From the human T2T-CHM13v2.0 reference genome, Homo sapiens, in the NCBI RefSeq assembly GCF_009914755.1, contig NC_060945.1: a stretch of DNA of 64,000 bases. The stretch is one strand, 5' to 3'. Made by a program: the position numbers and the translations under genes. Under the pieces are notes generated by a model. The model saw only the letters and a list, made by a program, of their open reading frames with translations, made no database searches and was not told the DNA's origin. Shown piece by piece: positions 42,801-56,670 of this stretch. Every line of letters begins with the position of its first letter. Positions within the stretch are counted from its first letter, which is position 1.

Positions 42801-45800
42801 TCCATTCCATTCGAGTCCATTCCATTCAATTCCATTCCTTTCGTTTCCATTCCATTACATTTGATTCTATGGTATTCCATTCCTTTCCATTCCATTCCAT
42901 TCCATTCGTGTGAATTCCATTCCTGTCCATTCAATTCAATTCCATTCCATTCCACTGCATTCCACACCATTCCACACCATTCCATTCCATTCGACTCCAT
43001 TCCACTCCACTCTACTCCTCTCGATTCAATTCCATTCCACCTCATTCCATTCTTCTGCATTCCACTGCACTCCACTTCACAGCATTCCATTCGATATCAC
43101 TTGATTCTATTCGATTCCATTGGATGCCATTCGATTCCATTCCATTCGTTTCCATTCCAATCAACTCCATTACGTTTGATTCCATTCTTTCGATTCCATT
43201 CCATTCGTGTCCATGCCATTCCATTCCTTTCCATTCCATTCCATTCCATTCCATTCCATTCGATTCCATTCCCTTGTATTCCATTGCTTTCCAGTCCATT
43301 TTATTCGAGTCCATTCCATTCCATTCAATTTCATTACTTTCAATTCCATTCTGTTAGTTTCAATTCCATCTGAATCCATTCCATTCCGTTCCTATCTACT
43401 CCAATCCATTCCATTCCATTCCAGTCCACGTCATTCAATTCCACTCAATTCCACTCCATTTCAATCCATTCCATTTGATTCCATTTCATTACATTCTATT
43501 CCACTCCACTCCACTGCACTCCACTGCATTCAATTCCATTACTAACAATTCCATTCGATTCCACTTCATTCCACTACACTCCACTCCATTCAATTCCTTT
43601 CCACATCATTCGACTCCACACCGTTCCACTGCCATCCAGTCCCCTTCACTGCACTCCATTCGATTCCATTCATTGCCATTCGATTCCTTTCCATTCGATA
43701 CCATTCCATTCGTGTCCATTCCATTCCATTACATTTCATTGCATTCCACTCTACTTCACTCCACTCCACACCACTCCAATCCATTCCATTCCATTCCTTT
43801 CCACTCCCCTCCATTCCATTCAATTCCACTCCACTCCACTACAATCCACCTCACTCTACTCCAGTACCTTCTATTATATTACACTCCACGCCACTCTACT
43901 CCATTCCATTCCAGTGCATTCCACTCATGTCCACTCCACTCCACTCCATTCAAATCCATTCTTTCTCCTTCCATTCCATTCCACTCCATTCCATTCCACT
44001 CTGTTCCATTCCTTTCAATTCCATTCCACCCCACTGAATTCCACTCCATTCCACTCCACTCCACTTCACCGCATTGCTTTCGATTCCATTCAATGCCATT
44101 CGTTTCCATTCAATTCCATGCGATGCCATAAATTTCTATTCCTTTCCATTCGAATCCATTCCATTTGATTCCATTCCATTCGTTTCCATTCCATTCGAGT
44201 CCACTCCATTCTATTCTTTTCCACTCCATTGCATTCCTTTCTATTCCATTCTTTTCAATTCCATTCCATTCCATTGGAATCCATTCCATTTGATTCCATT
44301 CCATTGGAGTCCATTCCATTCCAGTCCATTCCATTCGATTCCATTCCATTCCATTCGAATCCATTGCACTCGATTCCTTTCCATTCGATTACTTTCCATT
44401 CAATTGCTTTGCATTTGATTCCATTTCATTCGTGTCCATTACTTTCCAGTCCAATCCTTTCAAGTCCATTTCATTCCAGTCTTCTCCATTTGAATCCATT
44501 CCATTCCAGTCCATTCCATTACAGTCTATTCCTTTCGAGACCATTCCATTCCATTCCAATCGATTCCATTTCATTTGTGTCCATTCCATCTCAGTCCATT
44601 CCATTGCCTTCCATTCCATTCTGTTCTACTCCACTCCACTCCATTCAATTCCATTCCAGTCCATTCCATTCCATTCCACTGAATTCAACTCCATTCCATT
44701 CTATTCCATTCCATTCCATTCCATTGCCTTCCTTTCCACTCCACTTTACTCCACTCCACACTACTCCGTTCAATTCCATTCCTTCCCTTTCCTTTCCATT
44801 CCAATACATTACACTCCACTCCATTGAGTTCCGTTACACCCCATTTCATTCCATTGCATTCCACTCCACTTCACTTCACCGCATTGCATTTGAATCTATT
44901 TGATGCCATTCGATTCCATTCCACTCGATTGCCTTCCATTCAAATCCATTCCAATTGACTCCATTCCATACGATTCCATTCCATTCGAGTCCATTCTATT
45001 CGTGTCCATTTCTTTCCTGTCCATTCCTTTGGATTCCATTCCATTCCACTCCATTCCATTCCATTCCATTCCACTCCACTCCACTCCATTCCATTCCATT
45101 TGATTCTATCCCACTCCACTCCAATCCACTCCACAGCACTCCATTCCATTCCACTCCACTCCATTCCAGTCCACTCCACTCCACTCAACTCCGGTCCATT
45201 CCACTATACTCCACTCCACTCCATTGCACTCCATTACATTGCATTCAGTTACATTCCATTCTGTTCAATTCCACTCCCTTCCATTCCATTCCAATCCATT
45301 CCATTCCATTATAATCCTTTCGAATGATTCCACTCAATTCTATTCCATTGCATTCCATTCCATTCCATTTCACTCCATTCCACTCCACTCCAACCCACAC
45401 TACTCCATTGCATTCCATTCCATTGCATTCCACTCCATTCCACTCCACTCCACTCCTCCCTGTTCCACTCGATTACACTCCACTCCACTCACTCCACTCC
45501 ACTCCACATCACTCCATTCCATTACATTCAATTGCTTTCCACACCACTCCACTTCACACCACTCCACTCCACTCCACTCCATTCCATTCCAGTTCATTCC
45601 ACTCATTGCATTCCATTCCATTCCATTCCGCCCAACTCCACTTCACTCCGGTTTGATCAATTATCTTCTTTCCCATTCCATTCCATTCCATTCTATTCCA
45701 TTGCATTCTATGGCAATCCACTCCATTCCACTCCACTCGATTCCACTCCACTCCATTCCTTTCCTTTCCATTGCATTACACTCCACTCCACTCCATTCAA

Positions 45801-46325
45801 TTCCAGTCCTTCCCATTTCGTTCCATTCAACTCCATTCCACTGCACTCCACTCCACCCCTTTCAATTCCATTCCACCCCATTCCATTCCACTCCATTCCA
45901 TTCCTCTCCACTCCATTTAACCACATACCATTAGATTTCTTTTGATGCCATTTTATTCCGTTCTGTTCGATTCCATTGCGTTTGATTCCATTCCATTCTA
46001 CTCCATTTTATTTGATTCAATTCCATTCGATTCCATTCTGTTCAATTCCATTCCTTTGAGTCTATTCTCTTACATTCCATTCTGTTCGATTCCATTCCAT
46101 TCCATTCCATTCCGATGGATTCCATTCCATTCAATTCCATTCTGTTCAATTCCATTGCATTCCCTTGCATTACATTCCTTTTGATTCCATTCGATTCGAT
46201 TCTGTTCTATTCGATTCCATTCCATTTGAGTCCATTCCATTGCAATGCATTCCATTCGAGTCCATTCCTTTCCAGTCCTCTCCACTCCAGTCCATTCCAT
46301 TCGATTATATTCCATTCGATTCGTT

Positions 46326-46540
46326 TCCATACTATTGCTTACCAATCGATTTTATTCCAATCGATTCCATTTCTTTCAATTCCATTCCTCTCAAGTCCAT
46401 TCCTTTTGAGTCCGTTCCATTCGATTCCATTCCATACTATTGCTTACCATTCGATTTTATTCCAATCGATTCCATTCTTTTCAATTCCATTCCTCTCGAG
46501 TCCATTCCTTTTGAGTCCATTCCATTCGATTCCATTCCAT
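46326..46540 (+). repeat. 105-bp tandem duplication
   Basis: ACTATTGCTTACCA(A/T)TCGATTTTATTCCAATCGATTCC at 46331 and 46436, with colinear downstream sequence. Confidence 0.92.
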
Positions 46541-49500
46541 TTGAGTCCCTTCCATTCTAGCCCATTACATTCCAGTCCATTCTGTTACAGTCTACTCCAT
46601 ACAAGTCCATTCCATTCCATTATTTCCATTCCATTCCATTCCATTCCATACCATTCAAAGCCATTCCTTTCGATTCTATTCCAATCGAGTCCCTTCCATT
46701 TGACTCCATTCCCCTTGAGTCCATTGCATTCCATTCCACTCCAATCCACTCCACTCCATTCCATTCCTCTCCACTCCATTCCATTCCATTCTATTACACT
46801 CCACTTCACTACCCTTCACAGCATTCCATTCAATTCATTCAGTGCAATTTGATTCCATTCCATTCGATTCTATTCCAATCGATTCCATTCCATTCAATTC
46901 CTGTCCATTCGATTCCATTCCATTCAATTCCGTTTTGTTCCATTCCACTACATTTGAGTCAATTCCATTCCATTCCAATCCATTCTATTCCATTCCTTTC
47001 AATTCCATTTCATTCGATTCCATTCTCTTTGGGTGCATTCCTTTCCATTCCATTCCATTCCATTCCATGAGTCCATTCCATTCCCTTCCATTCCTTTACA
47101 GTCTATTCCATTCTGCTTCATTCCACTCCATTCCACACCAATCCAGTCCATTCCATTCCCTTCCACTCCATTCAAATACACCCCATTTCACTTCATTCAA
47201 TTCCATTCCACCGCATTCCATTCCAATCCATTCCACCCCACTCTACTTCCCCGCATTCCATTTGATGCCTTTTGATTTCATTCGATTCCATTCTATGACA
47301 GTGGATTCCATTCCATTTGATTGCATTCCATTCGATTCCATTCTATTAGAGTCCTTCCTTTCAATACTATTCCATTCGAGTACATACCATTCGAGTCCAT
47401 TCCATTGGAGTCCATTCCTTTCCACTCCATTGCATTTAATTCTATTCCATTGTGTTCAATTCCATTCCGTTCGATTGCATTTCATTCCATTCCATTCCAT
47501 TCCATTCCATTCCATTCCATTCCTTTCAATTCCATTCCATTGCATTCCATCCCATCCCATTCCATTCCATTCCATTCGAGTGCATTCCATTCCATTCGAT
47601 TCCATTCCATTCCAATGCATTTCACTCAATTCCACTCCATTACATTTCATTCGATTCCATTCCACTCCATTCCACTCCAATCAATTCAATTCCATTCCAT
47701 TCCACTCCATCCCACTCCACTCCAATTCACTGCATTGCATTTGATACCGTTTGATTCCATTCGATTCCATTCAATGCCATTTGATTCCATTCCGTTAGAT
47801 TCCATTCCATTCGACTCCATTACGTTTGATTCCATTCCTTTCATTTCCATTCCATTCGATTCCATGCCATTCCATACCTTTCCAATCCATTCCATTCCAT
47901 TTCATTTCATTCCGTTCGGTTCGATTGTATTCCGTTCTATTCCATTGTGTTCCAGTCCATTCCATTTTATTCCATCCCATTCCGGTCCCTTCGATTCAAT
48001 TCCATTCTATTTGATTCCATTCCTTTCCATTGCATTCCTTTCGATTCCATTCAATTCAATTCCATTCCCTTCGAGTCCATTACATTCGAGTCCAATCAAT
48101 TCAAATCCATTCTATTCCATTCCATTCCATTCAATATCACTCCATTCTATTCCATTCCATTCCATTTCGTGTGATTCCATTCCATTCGGGTCCCTTCCAT
48201 TTGAGTCCATTCCACTCGAGTCCATTCTGTTCCATTCCTCTCTACTCCACTCCTTTCCATTTCTCTCCATTCCACTCCATTGTATTCCAATCCATTCCAT
48301 TCCATTCCATTCCATTCCATTGCATTCTCTTCAATTCCACTGCATTCCATTCCAATCCCCTCCGCTCCAGTCCAATCCGTTCTATTCCATTCCTTCCAAT
48401 TCCATTACATTCCACTCCATTCCACTCCACTCCACTCCATTCAATTCCATTCCACTCCTTTCCACTCTAATCCAATCTGCTTCACCGCATTCCATTCAAT
48501 ATCATTCAATTCCATTCCATTCAATTTCATTCCATTTGATCCCATTCCATTCGAGTCATTCCATTTGCGTCCATTCCATTTTATTCCATTCTATTCTATT
48601 CCTCTTCATTCTATTCCATTCCATTCCATTTGATTCAATTCCATTTGAATCCATTCAATTTAATTCGATTTCATTCCATTCCATTCCATTGCATTCCAAT
48701 CCATTGCATTCAATTCCATTCTATCCGATTCCATTCCATTCGAGTCCATTCAAGTCAAGTACATTCCCTTTCAGTCCATTCCATTCGAATCCATTCCATT
48801 CCAGTCCATTCCATTCGAGTCCATTCTATTCCATACTATTCCATTCCATTTCATTACATTCTATTCCATTCCATTGTAGTCCATTCCATTAGTCCTTTCG
48901 AATCGAGTCCATTCCACTCGATTCCATTCCATTCGCGTCCATTCTACACGAGTCCATTCCATTCGAGTTTATTCCACTCGAGTCCATTCGATTCCACTCC
49001 ATTCCTTTCCATTCCATTACATTCCACTCCACTCCAATCCATTCCCTTCCCCTCCACTCGTTTCCCTTCCATTGCATTCCATTCCACTCCATTCCTCTGC
49101 ACTCAGTTCAGTTCCATTTTTTCCCATTCCATTTCTTTCCACTGGCTTCCACTCCACTCCACTCCATTCAATTCCATTCAACCCCATTCCATTCCAATCC
49201 ATTCCAGTCAACTCCAATCCAGTTCACCGCATTGTATTCGATTACATTTGATGCCATTCAATTCCATTCCATTTGATTCCATTCCATTCGATCCCATTCT
49301 ATTTGATCCCTTTCCATTCAATCCCATTCCATTCAATTCCATTGCATTCTATTCCATTCCATTTGATTCCATACATTTGAGTCTACTCCATTGGAGTCCA
49401 TTCCATTCCATCACATTCCATTCGAATCCATTCCATTCTTTTCCATTCCATTCGAATCTAGTCCATTCCATTCGAGTCCATTCCATTCCAATTCATTTAT

Positions 49501-50560
49501 TTCCAGTCTATTCCTTTTCATTCCATTCAAGTCCGTTCCATTCTAGTCCATTCCACTTGAGTCCAATTCATTTGAGTTCATTCCTTTCCATTCTATTCCA
49601 TTCATCTCCTTTCCATTCGATTCCACTCCGTTCAATTGCTTTCCATTCGATTGCTTTCCACTCGATTCCATTCCATTCGAGTCCATTCGTTTTGAGTCCA
49701 TTGCATTGTAGTCCATTCCATTCGAGTCCATTGCTTTCCTGTCCACTACATTCGAGTCAATTCCATATGAGTCTATTCCATTCCATTTCTTTTCATTCGA
49801 TATCTTTCCATTCCATTCCATTCCAGTCCATTCCTTTCCATTCCATTCGTTTCCATTCCATTCGATTTCATTTCATTTGATTCCCTTCGTTTCCATTCCA
49901 TTCGGTTCCACTCTATTCGATTCCTTTCCATTCGAGTCCATTCCTTTAAATTCCATTCCATTCGAGTCCATTCCATTCCAGATCATTCCAGTACAGTCCG
50001 TTACATTCGAGTCCATTCCATTCGAGTCCATTTCATTCCATTCCATTCCAGTCCAGTCAATTCCCTTCCATTCCACTCCATTCCACTCCACTCCATTCCA
50101 TTCCATTCCACTCCATTCCATTCCATTGCTTTCCACTCAACTCCACTCCATTCCACTCCACTCTACTCCACTCCCTTCATTGCATTCCATTCCCTTCATT
50201 CCACTCCTCTCCACTCCACTCCATTCAATTCCGTTCCTTCCCAATCTATTCCATTCTACTCCATTCCATTCCAATCCCCTCCACTCAGTTCAATTCCAAT
50301 GCACGCCATTCCATTCCACTCCACTCCATTCCACTTTACCACATTCCATTCAATTCCATTAGATGCCATGCGATTCCATTCCATGCGATTCCTTTCGAGG
50401 CGATCCAATTCCATTTGATTCTATTCCATTCAAATCCATCCCATTCGATTCCTTTCCATTCCATTTCATTGCATTGCATTCCATTCCATTCCATTGCATT
50501 CTATTCAACTCTGCTTCATTCCATTCCACTCAACTTCTTTCCATTCCATTCCATTCCATT

Positions 50561-50690
50561 CCAATGCATTCCACTTCGTTCCATTCTACTCCACTCCATT
50601 TCATTCCAATCGAATCCATTCCATTCCAATGCATTCCACTTCATTGCATTCTACTCCATTCCATTTCATTCCAATCGAATCCATTCCATT
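50561..50690 (+). repeat. 65-bp tandem duplication
   Basis: CCAATGCATTCCACTTC...TTTCATTCCAATCGAATCC at 50561 and 50626. Confidence 0.85.
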
Positions 50691-53600
50691 CCATTCCATT
50701 CCATTGCATTTCATTCCATTCCAATCCATTCTATTCCATTCCATTCCATTCCATTCCTCTCCACATCATTCCTTTCCATTCCACTCAAATCCATGCCATT
50801 CCACTCTATTCCACTCTACTCCACTCCTTTCCACTCCACTCCAATCCACTCCACTCCACTATACTCCATTCGGTTTCATTCCTTTCCACTCCATTCCATT
50901 CCATTCCAGTCCATTCCATTCAATTCGAATCCATTCCATTCTAGTCCATTCATTTCAAATACATTCCACTCATTCCATTAAATTCAATTTCATTCCATTA
51001 TACTCCAATACACTCCACTCCACATCACTCCATTCAATTCCATTCATTCACTTTCCGTTTCATTCCACTCCATTCCACTCCACTCCATTCTATTACATTA
51101 CGCCCCATTCCGTTCCAATCCATTCCACTCGACTCCACCGCACTCCATTCAATTCCATTCGATTTCATTTGATTACATTCCACTTGATTGCATTCCATTC
51201 AAATCCATGCCATTTGACTCCATTCTGTTTGATTCCATTCCATTCCAGTCCATTCCATTCGGTTCCATTCCTTTCCACTCCTTTCCATTCCATTCCATTC
51301 CACTTAACTCCACTCCACTCCACTCCCATCCATTCCATTCCACTAAACTCCACTCCACTCCCATCCATTCCATTCTGTCCCACTGCGATCCAGTCCACTC
51401 CATTCGATTCCAGGCCACTCCATTCCTCTCCACTCCAATTCTCTCAACTCTGTTGCATTCCAATCCACTCCACTCCACCCGACTCCACTCCACTCCACTC
51501 CATTCCATTGCATTCCATTGCGTAACACTCCATCCCACTCCAATCCACTCCTCTCCGTAGAATTCCATTCCTTCCCATTCCACTCCATTCCACTTCATTC
51601 TGCTCCACTGTTCTCTACTCTATTCCATTCCATTCTAAACCATTCCATTCGAATCCATTCCTCTCCACTCCACTCCACTTCAAAGCATTCCATTTGATTT
51701 CTTAGGATACCTTTCGATTCCATTCCATTCAATCCATTCCATTTGATTCCATTCCATTTGATTACTTTCCAATGGATTCCGTTCAATTTCTTTCCATTCC
51801 ATTTGATTCCATTCCATTTGAGTCCATTCCATTCGAGTCTATTCCATTCAATTTCATTCCATTACATTCTATTCCATTCCACTCCATTATACTCAACTCC
51901 AATCCACTCCGTTCTCTTCCATTCCTACCCGTTCCATTCCATTACATTCCATTAAACTTCACTCCACTCCAGTCCATTGAGTTCCTTTTCACCCCATTCC
52001 ATTCCTCTCCATTGCAATCCAATGCTCTCCCCTTCACTGCATTCCATTTGATTCCAGTCGCTGCAATTCGATTTCATTCCGTTTGATTCCATTCCATTCG
52101 ATTCCATAGCATTTGATTCTATTCCATTTGAGTCAATGCCATTCGAATCCATTCCATTCCAGTCCATTCAATTCCATTGCATTTCATTCCATTCCACTCC
52201 ACTCCACTCGACTTTACTCCACTCCATTCCTTTCCATTACATTCCATTCCCCTCCACTCCACTCCATTCCAATCTATTCCACTCCACTCCATTCCAATCC
52301 AGTCCACTCCATTCCATTACACTCCACTCCATTCCCCTCCACTTCATTCCATTCCATTCCATTGAACTCGTCTCCACTCCACACCACTCCTCTCCACTCC
52401 TCTCTGTTCAATTCCATTACTTCCCTTTCCATTCCATTCCATTCCTTCCACTCCACTCCACTCTATTCAACTCCATTCCACCTCATTCCATTTCACTCCA
52501 CTCCACTCCACTACACATCATTCCATTCGAATCCGTTCAATGCCATTCGGTTCCATTCCACTCGCTTGCATTCCATTCGAATCCATTCCATTTGACTCCA
52601 TTCTGTAAGATTCCATTTCATTCGAGTCCATTCTATTCAAGTCCATTCCTTTGCAGTCCATTCCATTCGATTACATTCCATTCCACTCTATTCCATTCCA
52701 TTCCATTCCACTCCACTCAGCTGCACTCCATTCCTTTCCATTCCATTCTTTTGCACTCTGCTGCAGTTCATTCCACTCCACTCCAATCCATTCCAGTCCA
52801 CTCCACTCCAATCAACTCCAATCCATTCCACTCCACTCCACTACACTCCATTTTATTTCATTCCTTTACCTTGCATTTCACTCCACTGCACTACACTCCA
52901 CCCCAATCCATTCCATTCCATTCCATTGCATTCAGTTCCCTTCCGTTCCATTGCAATCCCTTCAATTCCATTCCATTCCATTCCATTCCATTCCATTCCA
53001 TTCCATTCCTGTCCAGTCCATTCCACTCCACTCAAATCCACTCCACTCCATTCCACTCCATTCCATTCCCCTCCACTCCATTCCAATCCACTCCACTCCA
53101 CTCCACTCCACTGCACATCACTGCATTCCATTCCATTCAATTGCGTTCCACTCAAATCTTCACTCCACTCCACTCCATTCCTTTAAATTCCATTGCATTC
53201 CACTCCACTCCACTCTGTTCAATTCTATTCCTTCCCATTCCATTCCTTTCCAGTCGATTCCACTCCACTCCACTCCTATCCATTCAATTCCATTCCACCC
53301 CATTCCATTACACTCTATTCCAATTCACTCAACTTCACCGTATTCCATTCGATTCCACTCAATGCTAATCAATTCCTTTCCATTCCATTCCATTGCATTT
53401 TTTTCCATTCCATTTTATTCCATTCCATTAGATTCTGTCCCATTAGATTGCATTCCAGTTTGATTGCATTCTATTCGAGTGCATTCCATTCCATTCCAGT
53501 CCTTTCCATTCTGTTGCATTCCATTAGGGTCCATTCCATTTGAGTCCATTCCTTTCAATTCCATTCCATTCCATTCCATTTCCTTGGCTTCCATTCCCTT

Positions 53601-53710
53601 CCTTTCCATTCCATTTCATTCCACTCCACCCAAATCCACTACGCTATATTCCTTTCGACTCCATTCCACTGCATTCCATTCCTTTCCATTCCATTGCATT
53701 CCATTCCATT

Positions 53711-54085
53711 CCACTCAACTCCACTTCAGTCCAATTTGTTCAATTCCATTCCTTCCCATTCCATTCTATTCCATTCCTTTACTTTTCATATCATTCCACT
53801 CCTTTCCACTCCATTCCATTCCATTCCATACCATTCCATTCCATTCCATTCCATTCCATTCCATTCAATTCCATTCCATTCCACTCAACTCCACTTCACT
53901 CCAATTTGTTCAATTCCATTCCTTCCCATTCCATTCTATTCCATTCCTTTACTTTTCATATCATTCCACTCCTTTCCACTCCGTTCCGTTCCATTTCATA
54001 CCATTCCATTCCATTCCATTCCACTCAACTCCACTTCACAACAATTTGTTCAATTCCATTCCTTCCCATTCCATTCTATTCCATT
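53711..54085 (+). repeat. Recent tandem triplication (170-bp, 140-bp and partial third unit)
   Basis: CCACTCAACTCCACTTCA...CAATTTGTTCAATTCCATTCCTTCCCATTCCATTCTATTCCATT starts at 53711, 53881 and 54021. CCTTTACTTTTCATATCATTCC is shared by units 1 and 2. Confidence 0.93.
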
Positions 54086-54675
54086 AAGTTCCTTTCCATG
54101 TCTTTCCACTCCTATCCACTGCATTCCTTTCCATTGCATTCCATTCCTTTCCATTCAACTGCATTCCCGTTGAATCCTCTCCACTCCGCACAATTCCATT
54201 CCATTCAATTCCATTCCATGCCATTCCACTCAACTCCAATCCACTCAACACCATTCCATTCCATTCTATTCTATTCCATTCCATTCCATTCCATGCCATT
54301 ACACGCCATTCAACTCCACTCCACTCCTCTCCAATCCATTCCATTGCATTACAATCCACTCCAATCCACTCCACTCCTTTCAATTCCATTCCTTCCCATT
54401 CCATTCCATTCGACTCCATTATACTCCACTCTACTCCACCACATTCAATTCCATTCCACTTCATTCCATTCCACTCCATTCCATTCCACTTCACTCCACA
54501 TAACTGCATTCCATTCGATTTCATTCGAAGCCATTTCATTCCATTCCATTCCATTCCCTTCTATTGCATTCTCTTCGATTAAATTCCTTTTGATTCCATT
54601 CCATTCGATTCCATTCCTTTCAATTCCATTCCATTCAATTCCATTTCATTCAATTTCAGTCCATTCAATTCCATT

Positions 54676-54770
54676 CCATTCTATTCCATTACATTCAATT
54701 CCATTCCTTTCGATTCCATTCCATTCTATTCCATTACATTCAATTCCATTCCTTTCGATTCCATTCCATT
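54676..54770 (+). repeat. 45-bp tandem duplication
   Basis: CTATTCCATTACATTCAATTCCATTCCTTTCGATTCCATTCCATT at 54681 and 54726. Confidence 0.9.
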
Positions 54771-55884
54771 CAACTCCATTCAATTCCATTCCATTCCATT
54801 CCATTCAAGTCCATTTCATTCAAGTCCTGTCCATTCCATTCCTCTCCATTCCACTCCACTCCACTCAGTTAAATTCCAATCCTTCCCATTCCATTCCATT
54901 CCACCCCATTCCTCTCCACTCCACTCCATTCAATTCCATTCCAGGACATTCCATTCCATTCCATCCCCCTCCACTCCACTTCACCACATTCCACTCGATC
55001 CCATTCGATGCCTGTCAATTCCCATCCTTTTTATTCTATTCCATTCCATTCCACTGCATTCCATTCCATTCCAGTCCTGTCCATTCTATTCAAGTCCATT
55101 CAATTCCAGCTCATTCCACTCCATTGCATTCACCTCCACTCCACTTCACTGCACTCCTCTCCACTCCATTCCATTGCATTCCAATCCACTCTGTTCAGGT
55201 CCATTCCTTCTCATTCCATTCCATTCCACTCCATTACCTTCCACTCCACTCCATTCTGTTCCATCCCACCCCATTCCATTCCACTCTGTTCAACACCAAT
55301 CCACTCCACTTCTACGAATTCCATTCGATTCCAATCGATTCCTTTCTACTCCATTTGATTCAATTCCATTCAATTCCATTCCATTCGAGTCCATTCCATT
55401 CGAGTGCATTCCATTCCGTTCCATTCCATTCCAGTCCTTTCCATTTTAGTCCGATCCACTCCACTCCATTCCACTCCATTCAGATCTATTCCTTCCCATT
55501 CCATTCCATTTCACTCCACTGAACTCCACTCCACTCCACTCCATTCAATTCCACTCCACCCATTCCATTCCTCTCCATTCCACTCCACTCCACTTCAATG
55601 CATTCAGTTTGATTTCATTCGATGCCGTTCTTTTCCATGCCATTCAATTCCGTTGCATTCGATTCCATTCCATTCAAATCCATTACTTTAGAGTTCATTC
55701 CATTTAAGTACATTCCGTTCGATTCCATTCCATTCCATTCCATTTCATTCCATTCCAATCCAATCCATTTCATTCTATTCCATACGACTCCTTTCCATTC
55801 GAGTTCATTCCATTCCAGTCCATTCCATTCGAGCCATTCCAAAGCTTTCCATTTCATTCCATTGCATTCAATTCCATTACATTC

Positions 55885-56670
55885 CACTCCAGTCCACTCC
55901 ACTCCATTCCATTCCATTCCACTTCTCTCCCTTCTATTCCACTCCCTTCCACTCGATTCCACTCCTTTCAATTCCATTCCATTGCATTCCATTCAATTCC
56001 TGTCCAGTCCATTCCAGTCCTTTCCATTCCATTGCATTAAATTCCACTACATTCGTCTACACTCCACTTCTTTCCATTGCATTCCACTCTGATTCGTTCC
56101 ATTCCAATCCACTCCACTCCATTCCACTCCACTGCACTAGAATCCACTCCATTGAACTCCACTCCTCTCCACTCCACTCCACTCCATTCCATTCCACTCT
56201 ACTCCGCTATATTCCAATCCATTCCACTTCACTCAAATCCACTCGATTCCACTCCAATCCCCTCCGTTCCACTTCATTCCACTCCGCTCCTGTCCACTCC
56301 AGTCCATTTCATTCCATTCCACTTCTCTCCATTCTATTCCACTCCATTCCACTCGATTCCTCTCCTTTCAATTCCATTCCATTGCATTCCATTCAATTCC
56401 TGTCCAGTCCATTCCAGTCCTTTCCATTCCATTGCATTCAATTCCACTACACTCGTCTACACTCCACTACTTTCCATAGCATTCCACTCCAATCCATTCG
56501 AATCCACTCCACTGCACTAGAATCCACTCCATTGAACTCCACTCCTCTCCACTCCACTCCACTCCATTCCATTCCACTCTACTCCGCTATATTCCAATCC
56601 ATTCCACTTCACTCAAATCCACTCCATTCCACTCCAATCCACTCCGTTCCACTTCATTCCACTCCACTCC
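55885..56670 (+). repeat. ~400-bp tandem duplication
   Basis: ACTTCTCTCC at 55921/56321 and TGTCCAGTCC at 56001/56401 (offset 400). ACTGCACTAGAATCCACTCCATTGAACTCC at 56131/56511 (offset 380). CCGCTATATTCC is present in both copies. Confidence 0.93.

Noticed and set aside
3889-53529. TTAGGG hexamers at 3889, 7586, 20911 and 53524
   Set aside because: Isolated single hexamers arising as variants of TTCGAGTCC; no telomeric array.
53540-55522. Longest ORF (660 aa); also 47321..48892 (523 aa) and 7895..9268 (457 aa)
   Set aside because: Chance absence of stop codons on a G-poor strand, extended by internal tandem duplications. The product is purely low-complexity.
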